Shown: positions 24,094 through 37,547 of the stretch, piece by piece | Layout: each line of letters starts with the position of its first letter | Numbering within the stretch: the first letter of the stretch is position 1 | Origin: Malacoraja senta | Taxonomy: Eukaryota | DNA: 64,000 bases | Assembly: GCA_038087875.1 (NCBI GenBank) | Contig: JAXLNO010000110.1 | Coordinates: 62,001-126,000, forward strand | Direction of reading: 5' to 3' | Notes under the pieces: model-generated | Database searches by the model: none | What the model was told of the DNA's origin: nothing | Seen by the model: only the letters and a program-made list of their open reading frames with translations | Translations under genes and position numbers: made by a program

Positions 24094-24358
24094 CAGCTGT
24101 GGCTACAGAAGTAGCTCACCACCACCGAGTGTGACTGAGGAGTGAATGAATAATGCGATGTAAAGCGCCTTGAGTATTAGAAAGGCGCTACATAAATCCC
24201 ATCCATCATTATCATTATTATTAACTCAAATTTCACTACACCAGAAATGGTGTATGTGACAATAAATGCCCTTTGTCCTTTATTAAAACATTTTCCAATA
24301 ACTTACATTATTGTCAATAACATTATTCAGTGTTGATGTCTTTATTTCTATACCTTAA

Positions 24359-24668
24359 GGCCCTGTCCCACGATACCAGTTTACCCAAGAGCTCTCCCGC
24401 TTAAAAAAATAAATAAAACTCATGGTAAGTCCGTAGAATCTATGTAGCGGGTACGTCGGAACTCGTGGACGTCTCGTAGCGGCTCGTAACGCTAACGGCA
24501 GGTACTCGGGAAACGCGGTAAGCTCGTGAAACTCATGAAGTTTTTTCAACATTGTGAAAAATTTCCAATAGTTAAAAAAAACTCGTGATGAAGTACCACG
24601 AGTTTGATTTTTTTTTTTTTTTTAACTCAGGAGAGCTCTTGGGTAAACTCGCATCGTGGGACAGGCCC
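24359..24668. mobile_element. PIF/Harbinger-like MITE
   Basis: About 40-bp TIRs GG.CCTGTCCCACGAT..AGTTTACCCAAGAGCTCTCC; TAA on the left, right TSD not preserved. Confidence 0.7.
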
Positions 24669-25781
24669 ATTTCCCCATTTTCTGTTAAAATCGTCTTCTT
24701 TCATTCTTAGACAATATGTAATTTTCTCCATCACAAATATTTCCTGTACTATGTTTAACCATTGTTTAAGTCTGGGTGTGTCCGCTGCAAGCCAGTTTCT
24801 TGTAATGGCCTTTCTGTCGGCTGTGAATAGGATTTTAACCATTTAACCAAATAGGATTTGATCTTCCTTCAGAACCACTGTAGTTATATTACCCAGGTAT
24901 AAAATGGAACACTTCTTGGAGACTATATATCCTAATACCTCCTTTAATACTGAATTCACTCTGTCCCAAAATGGTTCTATTTTTGGGCAACTCCAGAAGA
25001 TATGTACATGATTTGCATCTGTTTGGCCACATTGCCTCCAGCCTGTTTGCTGCCTTAGAATTTGCTTGCTTTTTATGTTAGGCGTGATAAAGAAACGCAT
25101 CAAATTTTTCCAATTAAATTATCTCCACTTTTGTGAATTAGTGGATGTCTGTAGTGTTACACACATATGATGCCATTCTTCTTCTGTGACGTTCAATTCC
25201 TTTTCCCACTTAAATTTTACATAACATGTAGTTTTAGCTTGACATTCCATTAAAGTTTAGAAATAACCCTTGATGATTTTTGATGATACGCATTAACTAT
25301 CACTTCTACCACTGGATTCTTTTCTTCTAATGCCTCCCTTTTCACATTTTTATTGTAATAATTTCTCAGTTAGAGGTATCTAAACAAGTCTTGGTTCCGA
25401 AGTGTAAATCTATCCTTCAAATCTTGAAAACTTCTTAGGTCTCCATTTACAGTAAGAGTACAAAATGCAGTCATTCCTTTTTTCATCCACTTTTTAAATG
25501 TTGAGTCATACATCCCTGGTTTAAATTCACTATCCAAAGCTATCCATCTTAATACTTTTTGTACTTTATTCAGTTTAAGTTGTCTGGTAAGAGTGTACCA
25601 GGTTTCTAAAGTAAATATCGTTATTGGATCGATTCTACTCCTGATATGTCCAGGAAGCGCTTTTTCTCCCAAGAGTGTATGGATGTGGAAGTCAGGGATA
25701 TATGTCTCAATCTCTTTCCACCTAGCTATATAGCTGGCCTCACACCAATTAATTAGTGGTCGAAGTTGGGCTACATAGAAA

Positions 25782-27129
25782 TTTATATTACTAAAAGTCT
25801 CATCATGACCACTTCCTGTTGCACTGTATATTGATTTTAGAAAAAACGCTGCCACTTACGGCTGTTTTTGGCTATCTTACTCAGAGTCCCCCTCCGCAGC
25901 GCAGGACAAGAGGATTTTTCCCATCGATGAAAAATAAAAGACTTATTAATGTTTTTTAAATCTTGAGATTCTCTCTCCTGAAGGCCACACCCCTTCCGGA
26001 GGGACTTTGTTGAGTGCCTCATTCAGTCTCTGCAAGATGTGGGGGGGGGGGGGGTGGCGAGAGGGTCCCATCTCTCAGTCTGAGCTGTGAATAACACTGA
26101 ACACATGTCTACTAAAACTGTCAGTGCCCTTAATGTGGTTTGATAATGCAGAAGTGTTTTTTGGTTTGAAAATGTTTGCTAAAAGTGTTTTTTGGTTTGA
26201 AAATGCAAAAGTTGCCTTTGGTTTGAGAATGCTAAAGTTGCCTTGCCTAATTGAAAAGTTGGTTTGAATATGCTAAAGTTGTCTTGCCTAATTAAAGTTG
26301 CCTTGCCTAATTAAAGTTACCTTGCCAAATTAAAGTTGCCTTGCCAAATTAAAGTTGCCTTGCCTAATTAATGTTGCCTTGCCAAATGCAACAGGTTTGT
26401 TTTGAAATGCACCTTTTAACTGTGCCTTATTGAAAAGTGTGCAACAGATTTTGGAAGGAAAAACCGTGAATAAATGTTTTATTAGATCAGGATTGTGTTT
26501 AATGCAAAATTGCCGCTCATTCCGTGAGTTCCGCTTAGTGGATAGGTGGCGCTGAGTGCGTCATACTTCTTACATAGAGTATATGGTTAGTAACAGGATT
26601 CAGTATGCTTACCACGTTCTGAAGTTACTTGGCATTTTAGTATTGGTGCTGTGTGTGTGTGTGTGTGAGAGTGAGTATCTGTGTGTCTGTGACAGTGTGT
26701 GTGTGTGTGTGTGCGTGAGTGTATGTGTGTCTGTGTGTGAGTGTCTGTGTGTGTATGTGTGTGTGTGGGAGTATAGGTGAGTGTGTGTGTGTGTGTGAGT
26801 GTGTCTATAGGTGAGTGTCTGTGAGAGTCTGTGTGTGTGAGAGTCTGTGTGTGTGAGAGTCTGTGTGTGTGTGTGGGAGTATAGGTGAGTGTGTGTGTGT
26901 GTGTGTGTGAGTGTGTCTATAGGTGCGTGTCTGTGAGTCTGTGTGTGTGAGAGTCTGCGTGTGAGGTGGAGGGTGTGTGTGATCAACAAATAACAAATAG
27001 TACAAACCAGCGCTACAGAAAGCCCTCCCCTCCCCACTGGCCAGCAATATTGGAATTGGTAGAGAGGTGGAATATTGCGTTGGGTGACCAGCCCGCCCGT
27101 ATGATCCCAATGGGTCCCGCTACGTCTAG
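25782..27129 (+). mobile_element. Non-autonomous Helitron, copy 2
   Basis: Inserted exactly between A25781 and T27130 with no TSD (removal restores L1 codons FRIYFYVA); 5' TTTATATTACTAAAAG (TC-like start), 3' hairpin plus CTAG. Confidence 0.9.
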
Positions 27130-28252
27130 TATATCCTAAAATTTGGAAGTGCCATTGCACCTTTGTCCTTTGGCAAGTGGAGTGTAGTGTATCGAACTCT
27201 GGCCTTCTTTCCTCCCCAAATAAATCTAGATATTAATTTATCCCATTCCGTGAATTGTTTTAATGGTACCTCTATTGGCAGAGATTGAAACGAGTACAAT
27301 AGCCTTGGCAAAATATTCATTTTCACCACATTTATCTTACTACTAAAATCCATTGGGTAGGTGGTCCATCTTTCTATATCCTTTCTTATGTTTTGGTTGA
27401 TGTGATTATAATTGGCCCCATACAACATTGATATATTTTTTGTTATATATACCCCGTAATAGTTGATTGATTTTGAATCCCATTTAATATTATATTTTTG
27501 CTTGATTTCTTCTGGAGGACCACAATTAAATAGGAGGGTTTGAGTTTTTTAAATATTCACTTTATATCCTGCATAAAAATTAAATTTCTCTATGATCCCC
27601 ATCATCCTTGGAAAAGAGGTGTTTACTTCGGTGAGATACATCATTACGTCATCTGCAAAGAGGCCAATTTTATGTTCTCTATCTCTTATAGTTACTCCCC
27701 TCAGTTCCCTATCTTGACGAATCGTTCGAGCCAATGGTTCAATATATATAGCAAACAGGGTAGGACTAAGACAACATCCCTGTCTCATTCCTCTTCCTAA
27801 CACAAATCTCTCAGTTAAGGATCCATTCATCTTTACTCTTGCAGTAGGTTGCTGGTAAATTGCTTTAATAACTTGAATTGAATCTTCGGTAAAGCCAAAT
27901 CTTTCTAGTGTTTGATATAAGAATTCCCAATTAACCCTATCGAAAGCCTTTTCCGCATCTAGACTTATCAGGACAGCACACGTACCTTCCTTTTGAATCT
28001 TGCATATTGTTTGTAGTGTTCTTCTAATACTGTCCTGTGTTTGTCTGCCTATTATAAAAGCAGTCTGGACTTCCGGTGGCGCCATGGAGCTGTAAGGGCG
28101 CAGCATTCAGCTCCTCTCCCGTTAAAATCGTGAAAAAGCCGTTTTGAGAGACAGGACCGATTTTTAAAAACTCACCGGAGCTGCCTGGCGTCGCGTAAGT
28201 GATGTCATCAGAAATCGACGTGAAAAAATCGGGAGTTTAACGAGAGTTTTAA

Positions 28253-29280
28253 TTGAGCAAAGGGAAACGCTCACGAGCACCTAAGAAAGCTACTATCAAT
28301 CTCCATCTTCAGGAAGTTTTGGAAACTCTGCAAACAACAGCAGAAAGCTCAGAAGAAGAGTTTTACTTCCAAGGATCTGTTTCTGAAATGGCTGCAAAAG
28401 GAGATATAAAGGAGAAGGAGATGAAGCAAATGCTAGCAGACATGAATGCTACAATAAATACCACACTGGAGAAAATGGAGAGTATGGAAACTAATCTTTC
28501 TAAAAAAATTGACTCTGCTTGTGGTGAGTTAAAGGAGCTGAAGAAGCAGTATAAGGAGCTTGATAAAAAATTAACGGGAGAATGTGCCAAAATGGAAAAA
28601 GATTATAATAAGAAATTTAATAAGTTGTATGAGAACATGAAAAAGTCTGATAAGCTGATGGAAGAAATGGAGACTGAAATGAAAGAGATGGCTTTGGAAA
28701 TAACTTGTCTGAAAAAAACACAAATATCTGAGGGGGAGCAACCATTGAGAATGACTGATAAATGTTTGGACTTGGAGGCGAGATCGAGAAGGCAGAATTT
28801 AAGAATTGTTGGAGTAAAGGAAGGACGAGAGGGGCGTGGATCTCAAACACGTACTTTCGTTGCTGACTTACTTAAAGATGTTTTTAAACTGCTGGAATAC
28901 CCAAGAATAGATGTCGTGTTCCAAAAGGGATAAGTGCTCCTCCAAGACAGATAATTGTGAAATTCCTCGACATCTCTTCACTGGAAAATATATTGAATAA
29001 GATTACCCATGGGGAGAATCTTACATATTTTCGGGATAATATTAGATTCTTCCATGATTATCCCCTTGAAGTCGTCCAAAAAAGGACCTTGTTTACACAG
29101 ACAAGAAATATTCTGAAAGGAATACCCCAAGTGAGATATGGGGTGGTCTACCCAGCAAAAATGAAGATTACTTATAAGGACACTGAACGCTCATTCACGG
29201 ATCCCGAAAAGGCTTTTAAGTACGCACAGGATATCGTAAAGAAAACAGTGGGTGAAGATGACGACAAGGATGAAGATTGA
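28253..29280 (+). pseudogene. L1 ORF1p (coiled coil, RRM and CTD), frameshifted near 28920
   Basis: Long heptad region, LEARSRRQNLRIVGVKEG, IRFFHDY..KR..F, YGVVYPAKMKI. Confidence 0.85.
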
Positions 29281-32200
29281 ACTTTTTAATACAAGATTTT
29301 GCTCGAATTATGATGGCGGAACTTTTCCAGACAGTTACCAGATATGCTTATCTGTCTGGAATGTGTTTTCGAGAGTACAGTCCATGTTTCACCTTGAATG
29401 AAAAACTTAAAGATAAATATAAGGACGTTGAAGATACAGAATTAATGAGGGAATTAATAAGGGACATGGAATGAGACATTATTGACTGGAATATAAAAAT
29501 TTGTTGATTTAAGAAAATCTTTAATTACTATATTTTAATAATAAATAATCAATTAATCTAACAAATTTAATAATATTAATTATCTGTTAATGTAAGTTGC
29601 AAATATGAATAACCCATGGAGCGGGGAAGGAGATAATGGGAGTGTACATAATTTTGATTTCATAAATTTAAAATAGTTAAGGGAAATGATCTAATATTGA
29701 TGATATATACTAATATACAGTAATTAACTAAAATGTTCATAATAATACTAACAAACTAATATTGTGTGTGAAGGAGGCAGGAGCAGCATACACTTGGAAA
29801 AGATCCAGATGCGTGGCTTTGTTTAACCCCTTGGAACCTGCTTATATTAAAGTTAAAGAATGGGATATAATGTAATAACTTTGGGTGGATATATATGGTA
29901 AAGTTTAGACTAGATTAATGTTAGATAAATTGGAAAGGCATATATACTTATAGAACTGAACATACGTTGTGTTTTATTTTTGTTTTTTTATTTTTTACTT
30001 CTTTTTCTGAATTCTTTCTGTTTTTACTGGCTCTGGTTTGATAAATTTATTTTAAAAAAACATATGAAACGGTCCGCAGCCTTTCACGAGACTCTGTTAA
30101 GGGGATGGAGCTCAATGTACAACAACATCAACGGAAATCCATAAATTTTTTGCCACCTTAGGTGGCTACTTGTTTTTAAGGTATCGTCTCTTAGATACCT
30201 TAACATCCCTTTTAAAAAAAAATCACTATAAAGATTTCTATTTGTTTAATTTTTTTGTAACTAATTTCACATCACATTTTTTCTTTTTTTTTAAGGTATT
30301 ATACAGGAAGGAGATGTAACATAAATTTAAAAGTTCGGGACGACCACCCAGCACCCAGAGTTCTGAGGTATTTGGTTGCACCATATGAGTCAAAAACACT
30401 AAATTGATATATAATGCAAGATGATAGACAAATAAAGAATGGAGGAATTACATTCTGTAGTTGGAATATAAGGGGTGCCAATGAACCAATTAAGAGGGGT
30501 AAAATGTTTGCCCAATTAAAATCTTTGAATTGTGACATAATGTTTTTGCAGGAAACACACATGAAACAACAAACACAGATGAGATTGAAGGCAAATTGGA
30601 AAGGTCAAACATATTATTCTTCATTTACTTCTAAATCTAGAGGTTATTATTAACATATTATTCTTCATTTACTTCTAAATCTAGAGGCTATTATTATTCG
30701 GAAAGGTATACCATTTAAATTAAAGAATACTATTTCAGATAATGAGGGAAGGTATATTATAGTTTCGGGAGAAATTTATTCAACCCCACTGACTATGATA
30801 AATATTTACGCTCCGAATTTTGACAACCCCCAATTTTTAAATAAAATTATAGATATATCAGAGTTTAATTACCAAAATGTAATAATAGGGGGGGACTTCA
30901 ACTGCATTTTAGATCCATATTTAGACAAATCAGTAAAACAAAGGAGGGGTAATTTAAAATCTAAGACTAGTGAACTTCTAAATACATATATAAAAAATAC
31001 TAATATAACAGACGTATGGAGAACTGCTAATCCAACTGGAAGGGAATATTCGTTTTACTCATCGGTACATAAAACTTATTCACGAATCGATTATTTTTTA
31101 GTGGATATAAAATTAATTCCATATACAATTAATCCTTCATATCACACCAGTATTATTTCCGATCATTCTCCGTTGACATTTCTATTAAAATTTGAGGGAA
31201 TGCTGAGTAAAATATATTTTTTGAGGTTTAACACACAAATTCTAAACGACCCACAAGGTTATAAATATTTAAAACAACAAATGAATTTTTTTTTGGAGAC
31301 AAATGAAACACCTTCTTTATTATGGGAAACTTTCAAGGCATTTATCAGAGGAGTTATAATCTCATATCAAATTTTTCAAAGTAAAAAGAATAAGACAGAA
31401 CAACTGATGCTAGAACAAGAAATTAGACAATTAGAGTTAGATAATGCCAAAGATCCAACTACAGATAAACATAATAAGATAATACTACTGAAATTTAAAC
31501 TTAATCGAATTTTATCGGCAAGAGTAATAAGATTATTCCAAATTACAAAACAAGAACATTTTGAATTTGGTGACAAGCCACATAAACTCTTAGCTCGTCA
31601 ATTGAAAAAACATGAAAAGGAAAACACTATCACTAAAATTAAATCAGAGAAAGGTGAATTACTAATATTACCTAAGGATATTAACAATAGATTTACTCTA
31701 TTTTATCAAAATTTATATACATCTAAAAGTAACATAGAATATAGTAAAATTATAAAAATTTTAGATAACTGTAATCTTCCAAAACTTGATCTTTCGGAAC
31801 AAGAGGAATTAGGAGCTCAGATTACACTTGAAGAAATAGGTGAAACAATAAAAGCGTTGAAAAATGGTAAGATGCCTGGACCAGATGGTTTTAGTAACGA
31901 ATTTTATAAAAGATTTCACGAGATAACGGCTCCAAGCTTACTTAATTTATATACTCACGCCTTTAAAGAAAACAAACTACCAGAAACATTAGCTGAATCA
32001 ACTATTACGCTTATACCAAAAAAAGATAAAGATCTAGATGAACCGGGCTCATAAAGAGCTATATCACTTTTAAATACAGATCAGAACATTTTAGCAAAGA
32101 CCTTAGCAAGAAGTAAATACATTAGTAAATTGATAAATCCTGATCAAACGGGGTTTATACCCAAAAGACATTAATTTAATAATTTGAGGCCTGTTTAATA

Positions 32201-34429
32201 TAATGTACTCACATAAAACGGAGGAAGAAGATATATCAATTGTTTCTCTGGATGCAGAGAAAGCATTTGATCAGGTAGAGTGGCAGTATTTATATAAAGT
32301 ACTGCAAAAATTTAATATGGGAGAGAATTTTATTGTATGGGTAAAATTATTATATGATAAACGGACGGCAAGAATATTAACCAATAATATGTTATCTCCA
32401 AAATTTCAGTTATTAAGGGGCAATAGGCAGGGATGTGTTTTATCACCTCTGCTATTTGGCCTTATGATAGAGCCCCTGGCTGAAAGTATAAGAATTCATC
32501 CGAATATTCAGGGATATAATACTAGGGACTCAAATAATAAAATTTCATTATATGCAGACGATATACTTTTATACATTACAAATTCACAAACGAGCATACC
32601 AAACTTATTAAATTTAATAGAGGAATTTGGTTCCTTTTCTGGATATAGAATAAATTGGAATAAAAGTGAAATCATGACGTTAAAACCTCAAGAATCTACA
32701 CACCTATTAAAATTCCCCTTTAAAATCGCAACAGAAAAATTTAAGTATTTGTGTATTCAAATTACTAGAAAATATAAAGCATTATTTAATGCTAATTTTA
32801 TGCCTTTATTAAATAAACTCAACGCGTTGATTAAATTCTGGAAAACCCTTCCATTATCATTAATAGGTAGAATAAACGCTATAAAAATGATCTTTTTACC
32901 ACAATTATTATACCTATTTCAAACTATACCATTATATATACCCAAAAACATTTCTTTTAAACTAGACTCTAATATTGCCAATTTTACTTCGGAGTCACGT
33001 GAGTGACTACGTGAAGAAGCCCGTCAGTGCGCCTGCGCGTCATTACGTCAGACGCCTTGACGCAAACGGACGTGAGGAGCAGTGCTCCTCGAGTGGTTTG
33101 TAGTTTTTCAACTACAAGGTAAGTAAAAACTTTTTTACAGGTTTTCCAGGTCCGTTTACTGTGGGTCTATGGCGATTTTTTCCACAGACGCCATGGGAAA
33201 AAACGGACAGAGGGAAGAGGCGAGCGACATAGCCGACAGAAGTCGGGAAAGTCGGGAGTCCGCGGTTAGAGACCAACCGCCTCTAAACCCCGGTACAGTC
33301 GCCAGCGGTGAGCATAGCGACTGTGGACCTGGGGCTGGTGAAAACACAGTCAGTGCCTGTCGGGCAAAAGACAAAGTTTAAATCCCAACGGAGGGAGTCC
33401 CAGGCAATGAAGAAGCTCCAGGGCTAGATACTGCTTTAGAGCGTATTGCCCAAATAGAAAGCCTTTTACACAGGCTGTTGGAGCAACGTTCACTCAGTGA
33501 GGAGTGTTCTGAAAGCCAAGCTGCTGGAAACAGCTCAAACAGCTCCTGGTACAGGGCTAGATACTGCTTTTGAGCGTATTGCCCAAATAGAAGCCTTTTT
33601 CATAGGTTGTTGGAGCAAAAGTTCACTCAGGAAGGAGTGTACTGTAATCCAAGCTGCAGGAGCAGCTTAACAGCACCTGGCTCAGGGCTGATGGAATGCA
33701 CCCTCAGGAATGAGGAGCGTGCTACGGGTCATGAGATTTCAGACCCCGACTCTGACGGTGAGGCTGTACAAGGCGATGAAAGGCAGCTGCCAGATGTTCC
33801 AACCCTGGTAGTAGGATTCGCTGCCCCGTCAGGGTCAGGAGAGCCATTAGGAAGAACTGGCCTCCTTAATAAATTACTTGGTTTACCATTAGCTGGAACA
33901 GCATGAAATGGATGAGACTGCAAGAGTATCTGGAATCAGTTGCAGAGAATATTAAAGCTGCTGGGTTCTGGAATAACTGCTTTTACCAGAATAGCAGGTA
34001 ACAACCAAAAGATGATGAAGTTGCATCAGCAAGCACTGGGGTTGCTATGCAGCACCCACTTCGAGAAGTGCTATACGGTCTACTATGAATCCGAAATTCG
34101 CAGCACTCTGCAAACCAAGTAATATACAAATTACCCAACTTACTCTTTGGAGAGATCTCGGGAGACGTATTAAAGAGTTGGAAGATGAAGCGAAAACAGG
34201 ATTGATGAAGACATCAATGGTTGTGAAGTCTGTAAAGAGGAAGTATCCTTTCAGACGTCATACGGATCCTGGACCAAGTCGCTCATCAACGCAGGGACGT
34301 AGTTGGCGGCCTGCAGCGGGAGCAAGAACCAGTGGGCGTGCTTCCGGGAGAACCCAGGAATCTCAGGGTACTGAAATGACTCAAGAGGTAGGTGGACCTG
34401 GTTCTCATGGGAACATACTAACTGGATTA

Positions 34430-35880
34430 AGTCCAAAAGTTGGAGGCAGGTTACATTTCTTCTATAATAATTGGAAGAAAATTACTTCAGATGTGGTAAT
34501 CCTGAATAATATACAAGGATTTCGAATTGAATTCAATCCAAATTATGATTTGCCTGTTCAGCATGTTCCTAGCCGAACTCTGCACTTTGTACAAAAAGAA
34601 GTGATGGAGGTTCAGGTTGCAATTGAAACCCTATATAAAAAAAAAAAAGGGGTTATTGAAAAATCAGTCTACCAAAGTCACCAATTTGTGTCAAAAATAT
34701 TCCCTCGATCAAAAAAGGATGGAGGATGTAGGATTCTTGTAGATTTGATAAATCTGAATCCTTTTGTGCAATTTAGACATTTAAAAATGGAAACATTTGT
34801 GACTGCCAAACAGCTTATTTCAGAAGCATGTTATATGGCAACTATAGACTTGAAAGATGCATATTATTCAGTGTCTGTTCATTCAGAAGATAGGAAGTAT
34901 CTTAAATTTAAATGGATGAACCAGTTGTGGCAGTTCAAAGCTCTGCCTAATGGGTTAATATCTGCACTCAGAATATTCACAAAAATTGTTAAAACCAATT
35001 CTGGGCTTGCTGAGTAGCCAGGGGCATGTACTAATGGCATATTTGGATGATGTCTTGATTATAGGAAAGACAAAACAGTCAACAGAAGTATCTGTTGCAG
35101 TTGTGAAATCAACTTTTGAAAAGTTGGGGTTTCTAATTCATCCACAGAAATCTAGGTTAACACCATGTACCTCTATTAATTATTTGGGGTTCACAATTGA
35201 TTCAGTCCAAATGAATATCACTTTGCCCAGGGAAAAGGGTGGATTTGATTAAAGATTGCAGTAATCTCCTAAACGAGCAAAAACCTTCAATTAGACAGGT
35301 GGCTCGTGTACTGGGAAAATTAGTAGCAGCATTCCCAGCAGTCCAATTTGGACCATTACATTATCAACAGCTGCAGAGACTTAAAGAACAGGCACCGAGA
35401 ATGCATGTTGGTCATTTTGATAGAACCATGCAACTAACAACAAATGCTGTTTCTGGTCTGCAGTGGTGGATTCTACATGTCTCAAGCAGTTCCAGCAAAG
35501 TGCTGATTGAACAACCTTCCATGATATTACAAACTGATGCCAGTGCACCAGGATGGGGTGCAACTGACTTAACATCTAGCTGAGGAGGCAGATGGAATCA
35601 GGAAGAGTCATTGTTACTGCAGACATGGGGAATTAACTATTTGGAGCTTCTAGGATGTTTCTATGGGCTCCAAGCTTATTGTTCTAACACAACTAATAAG
35701 CATGTTCAAGTTCAAATTGATAACACAACAGTAGTTGTTTATATTAATGATATGGAATTAAGTCGGTGTCTTGTGACAAAATGGTTAATCAACTTTGGGC
35801 TTGGTGTATTGAAAAGAACATTTGGATTTCAGCTATCTATCTACCAGGTAGAATGAACGATAGCAGACACCAAGTCACGA
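34430..35880 (+). pseudogene. DIRS reverse transcriptase / RNase H
   Basis: VGGRLHFF..W, KKDGGCRILVDL..LN, TIDLKDAY, ALPNGL, AYLDD, YLGF.ID, QTDAS..GWGA, INYLEL, IDNTTVV.YIN. Confidence 0.9.
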
Positions 35881-35899
35881 AAAGTTCCATGATAATAAA

Positions 35900-36290
35900 G
35901 AATGGATGTTGAATCAAGAGGTATTCAATGATATAGTCATCAGATTTGGAATGACCGACATCGACTTGAATCATCAGCTATCGAGATATGTCTCATGGAA
36001 ACCAGATCCAGGAGCAGTGGCGATTGATGCTTTCTCGCTACATTGGGGTGGTATGTTTTCATATATATTTCTACCTTTCTGCCTCATAAGCCAATGTTTG
36101 CTTAAAATCAGGCAAGATGCTGCTTCAAGGGTATTGGTAGTACCAGATTGGCCTACACAGCCATGGTATCAGTTGATATTAGAATTAACAACACAAATGT
36201 TGATGAAAGTCCCAAAAAAGAGTAATTTATTGCTGCTCCCTGTACAGGAGAACAACATCCATTATATGATCGTTTGGATTTGTTGATTTG
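35900..36290 (+). pseudogene. DIRS DNA adenine methyltransferase-like domain
   Basis: DIDL..YVSWKPDPGAVAIDAFSLHW..YIF.PF.LI..L.KI..LVVPDWPTQPWY. Confidence 0.75.
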
Positions 36291-36304
36291 CAGGTTTTAA
36301 GAAT

Positions 36305-37265
36305 GCCTTTTCTGGGACGAGGACTGTCTGAGCATACTGTGGACATGCTTACGGCAGCCTGGAGGAAGAGCACTCAAAAACAGTACCTTTCTTATATTAA
36401 GAAATGGGAAAAGTTCTGGGTACAAAAGAATGTGCAATAAAGTACTGCAGATATTTCAAATGTTTAGAATTTCTGTCAAAACTTTATTATGATGAAGGTC
36501 TGAGTTGTAGTGCAATTAATTCAGCCAGAAGTGCATTGTCCTCATATTTGGTTCTGGATTCAGAAAGAAACTCAATTGGGTCACACCCAATTGTTTCCAG
36601 ACTAATGAAAGGAATCTTTAATTCCAAACCACCGAAACCTAGGTACGTGACAATCTGGGATGTAAGTGTGGTACTGAAACTACTTCGTGATGGTTATCAA
36701 GTGTGTCTTTACCTTTGGTCAAGCTCAGTATGAAAGTATTCATGTTTATGGCATGAGTGACAGCACAATGAGTGCAAACACTTGGAAAATTACAAATAGA
36801 TAGTATGGAAGTAACTGAAGACAAGGTTACATTCTATATCTATGACCTAATAAAGCAAATTAGGCCAGGTGTGACAGGATTTAAAATTATGCTGGCAGCA
36901 TATCCAAATGATCCATGTCTTTGTATTAAGACATATTTATTACAATACATTGAGGTCACAAAGAATTTGAGAATACGGAAACTGGGTTTTTGATCACACA
37001 CAAGAAACCACACAAGAGAGTTTCAATACAGACTATTTCCAGATGGATAAAAGAAGTCTTAACAGCTGCTGGTATTAACACTTATGTTTTTACGTCTCAC
37101 TCGCCTAGGGCAGCAGAAATGTCGGCGGCCAGGGCAAAAGACGGCCCCGTCGACCATATCCTCGCAGCCGCCGGGTGGTCCAATGAGTTGATGTTTCAAC
37201 ATTTTTACCATCGGCCTATTGTTAATGCGGGGTTGTTTGCAGAAACTATTTTAAGTTCTGTGTAA
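36305..37265 (+). pseudogene. DIRS tyrosine recombinase
   Basis: SAINSARSALS..HPIVSRLMKG..KPPKPRY..WDVS; TISRWIK..AGI..HSPRAA..AAGWS..FQHFY (H-x-x-R, W and Y catalytic pattern). Confidence 0.9.
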
Positions 37266-37434
37266 ATTCCTCTGGTTTAAAGGGGATCTGATTCATTTCA
37301 TTCTTGAAATGAATTACTGCATTTGTGGTACAAATGTTATTATGAATGCATGATTGATTATTCTCGTTCCGAGTCAATCTATGCAGTGAGAAGCCGGGAT
37401 TGATCCACGGCATGAAATCACAAAGCTTTAAAAT

Positions 37435-37547
37435 CTTCACGTAGTCACTCACGTGACTCCGAAGTAAAATAGTAAGATTAAACGAGAACTTACCTAAGTT
37501 TGAAGTTTGATCTTTATTTTATGAGGAGTTACGTAGGTGATTACGTG
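37435..37547 (+). other. DIRS internal complementary region (ICR)
   Basis: 37435-37470 is the exact reverse complement of 32981-33016; 37471-37547 is the exact reverse complement of 37700-37776. Confidence 0.95.

Larger units (their letters stand above)
19870..24222 (+). mobile_element. tRNA-derived SINE with L2-type tail (19870-20095 plus 24098-24222), split by the ERV
   Basis: A-box TGGCGCAATGG (19880), B-box GGTTCGAATCC (19924), TGTCCTTGGGCAAGACACTT core; tail TGTAAAGCGCCTTGAG..AAAGGCGCTA.ATAAAT..(ATT)n. Confidence 0.8.
19125..24280 (+). mobile_element. Unclassified non-coding retroelement (19125-19866 plus 24223-24280), host of the SINE and ERV
   Basis: GC/CpG-rich body ending in a Rex1/L2-like tail (AAATTTCACT..TGTGACAATAAA) that resumes after the SINE; a similar head occurs on the minus strand at ~42480-42540. 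Confidence 0.4.
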
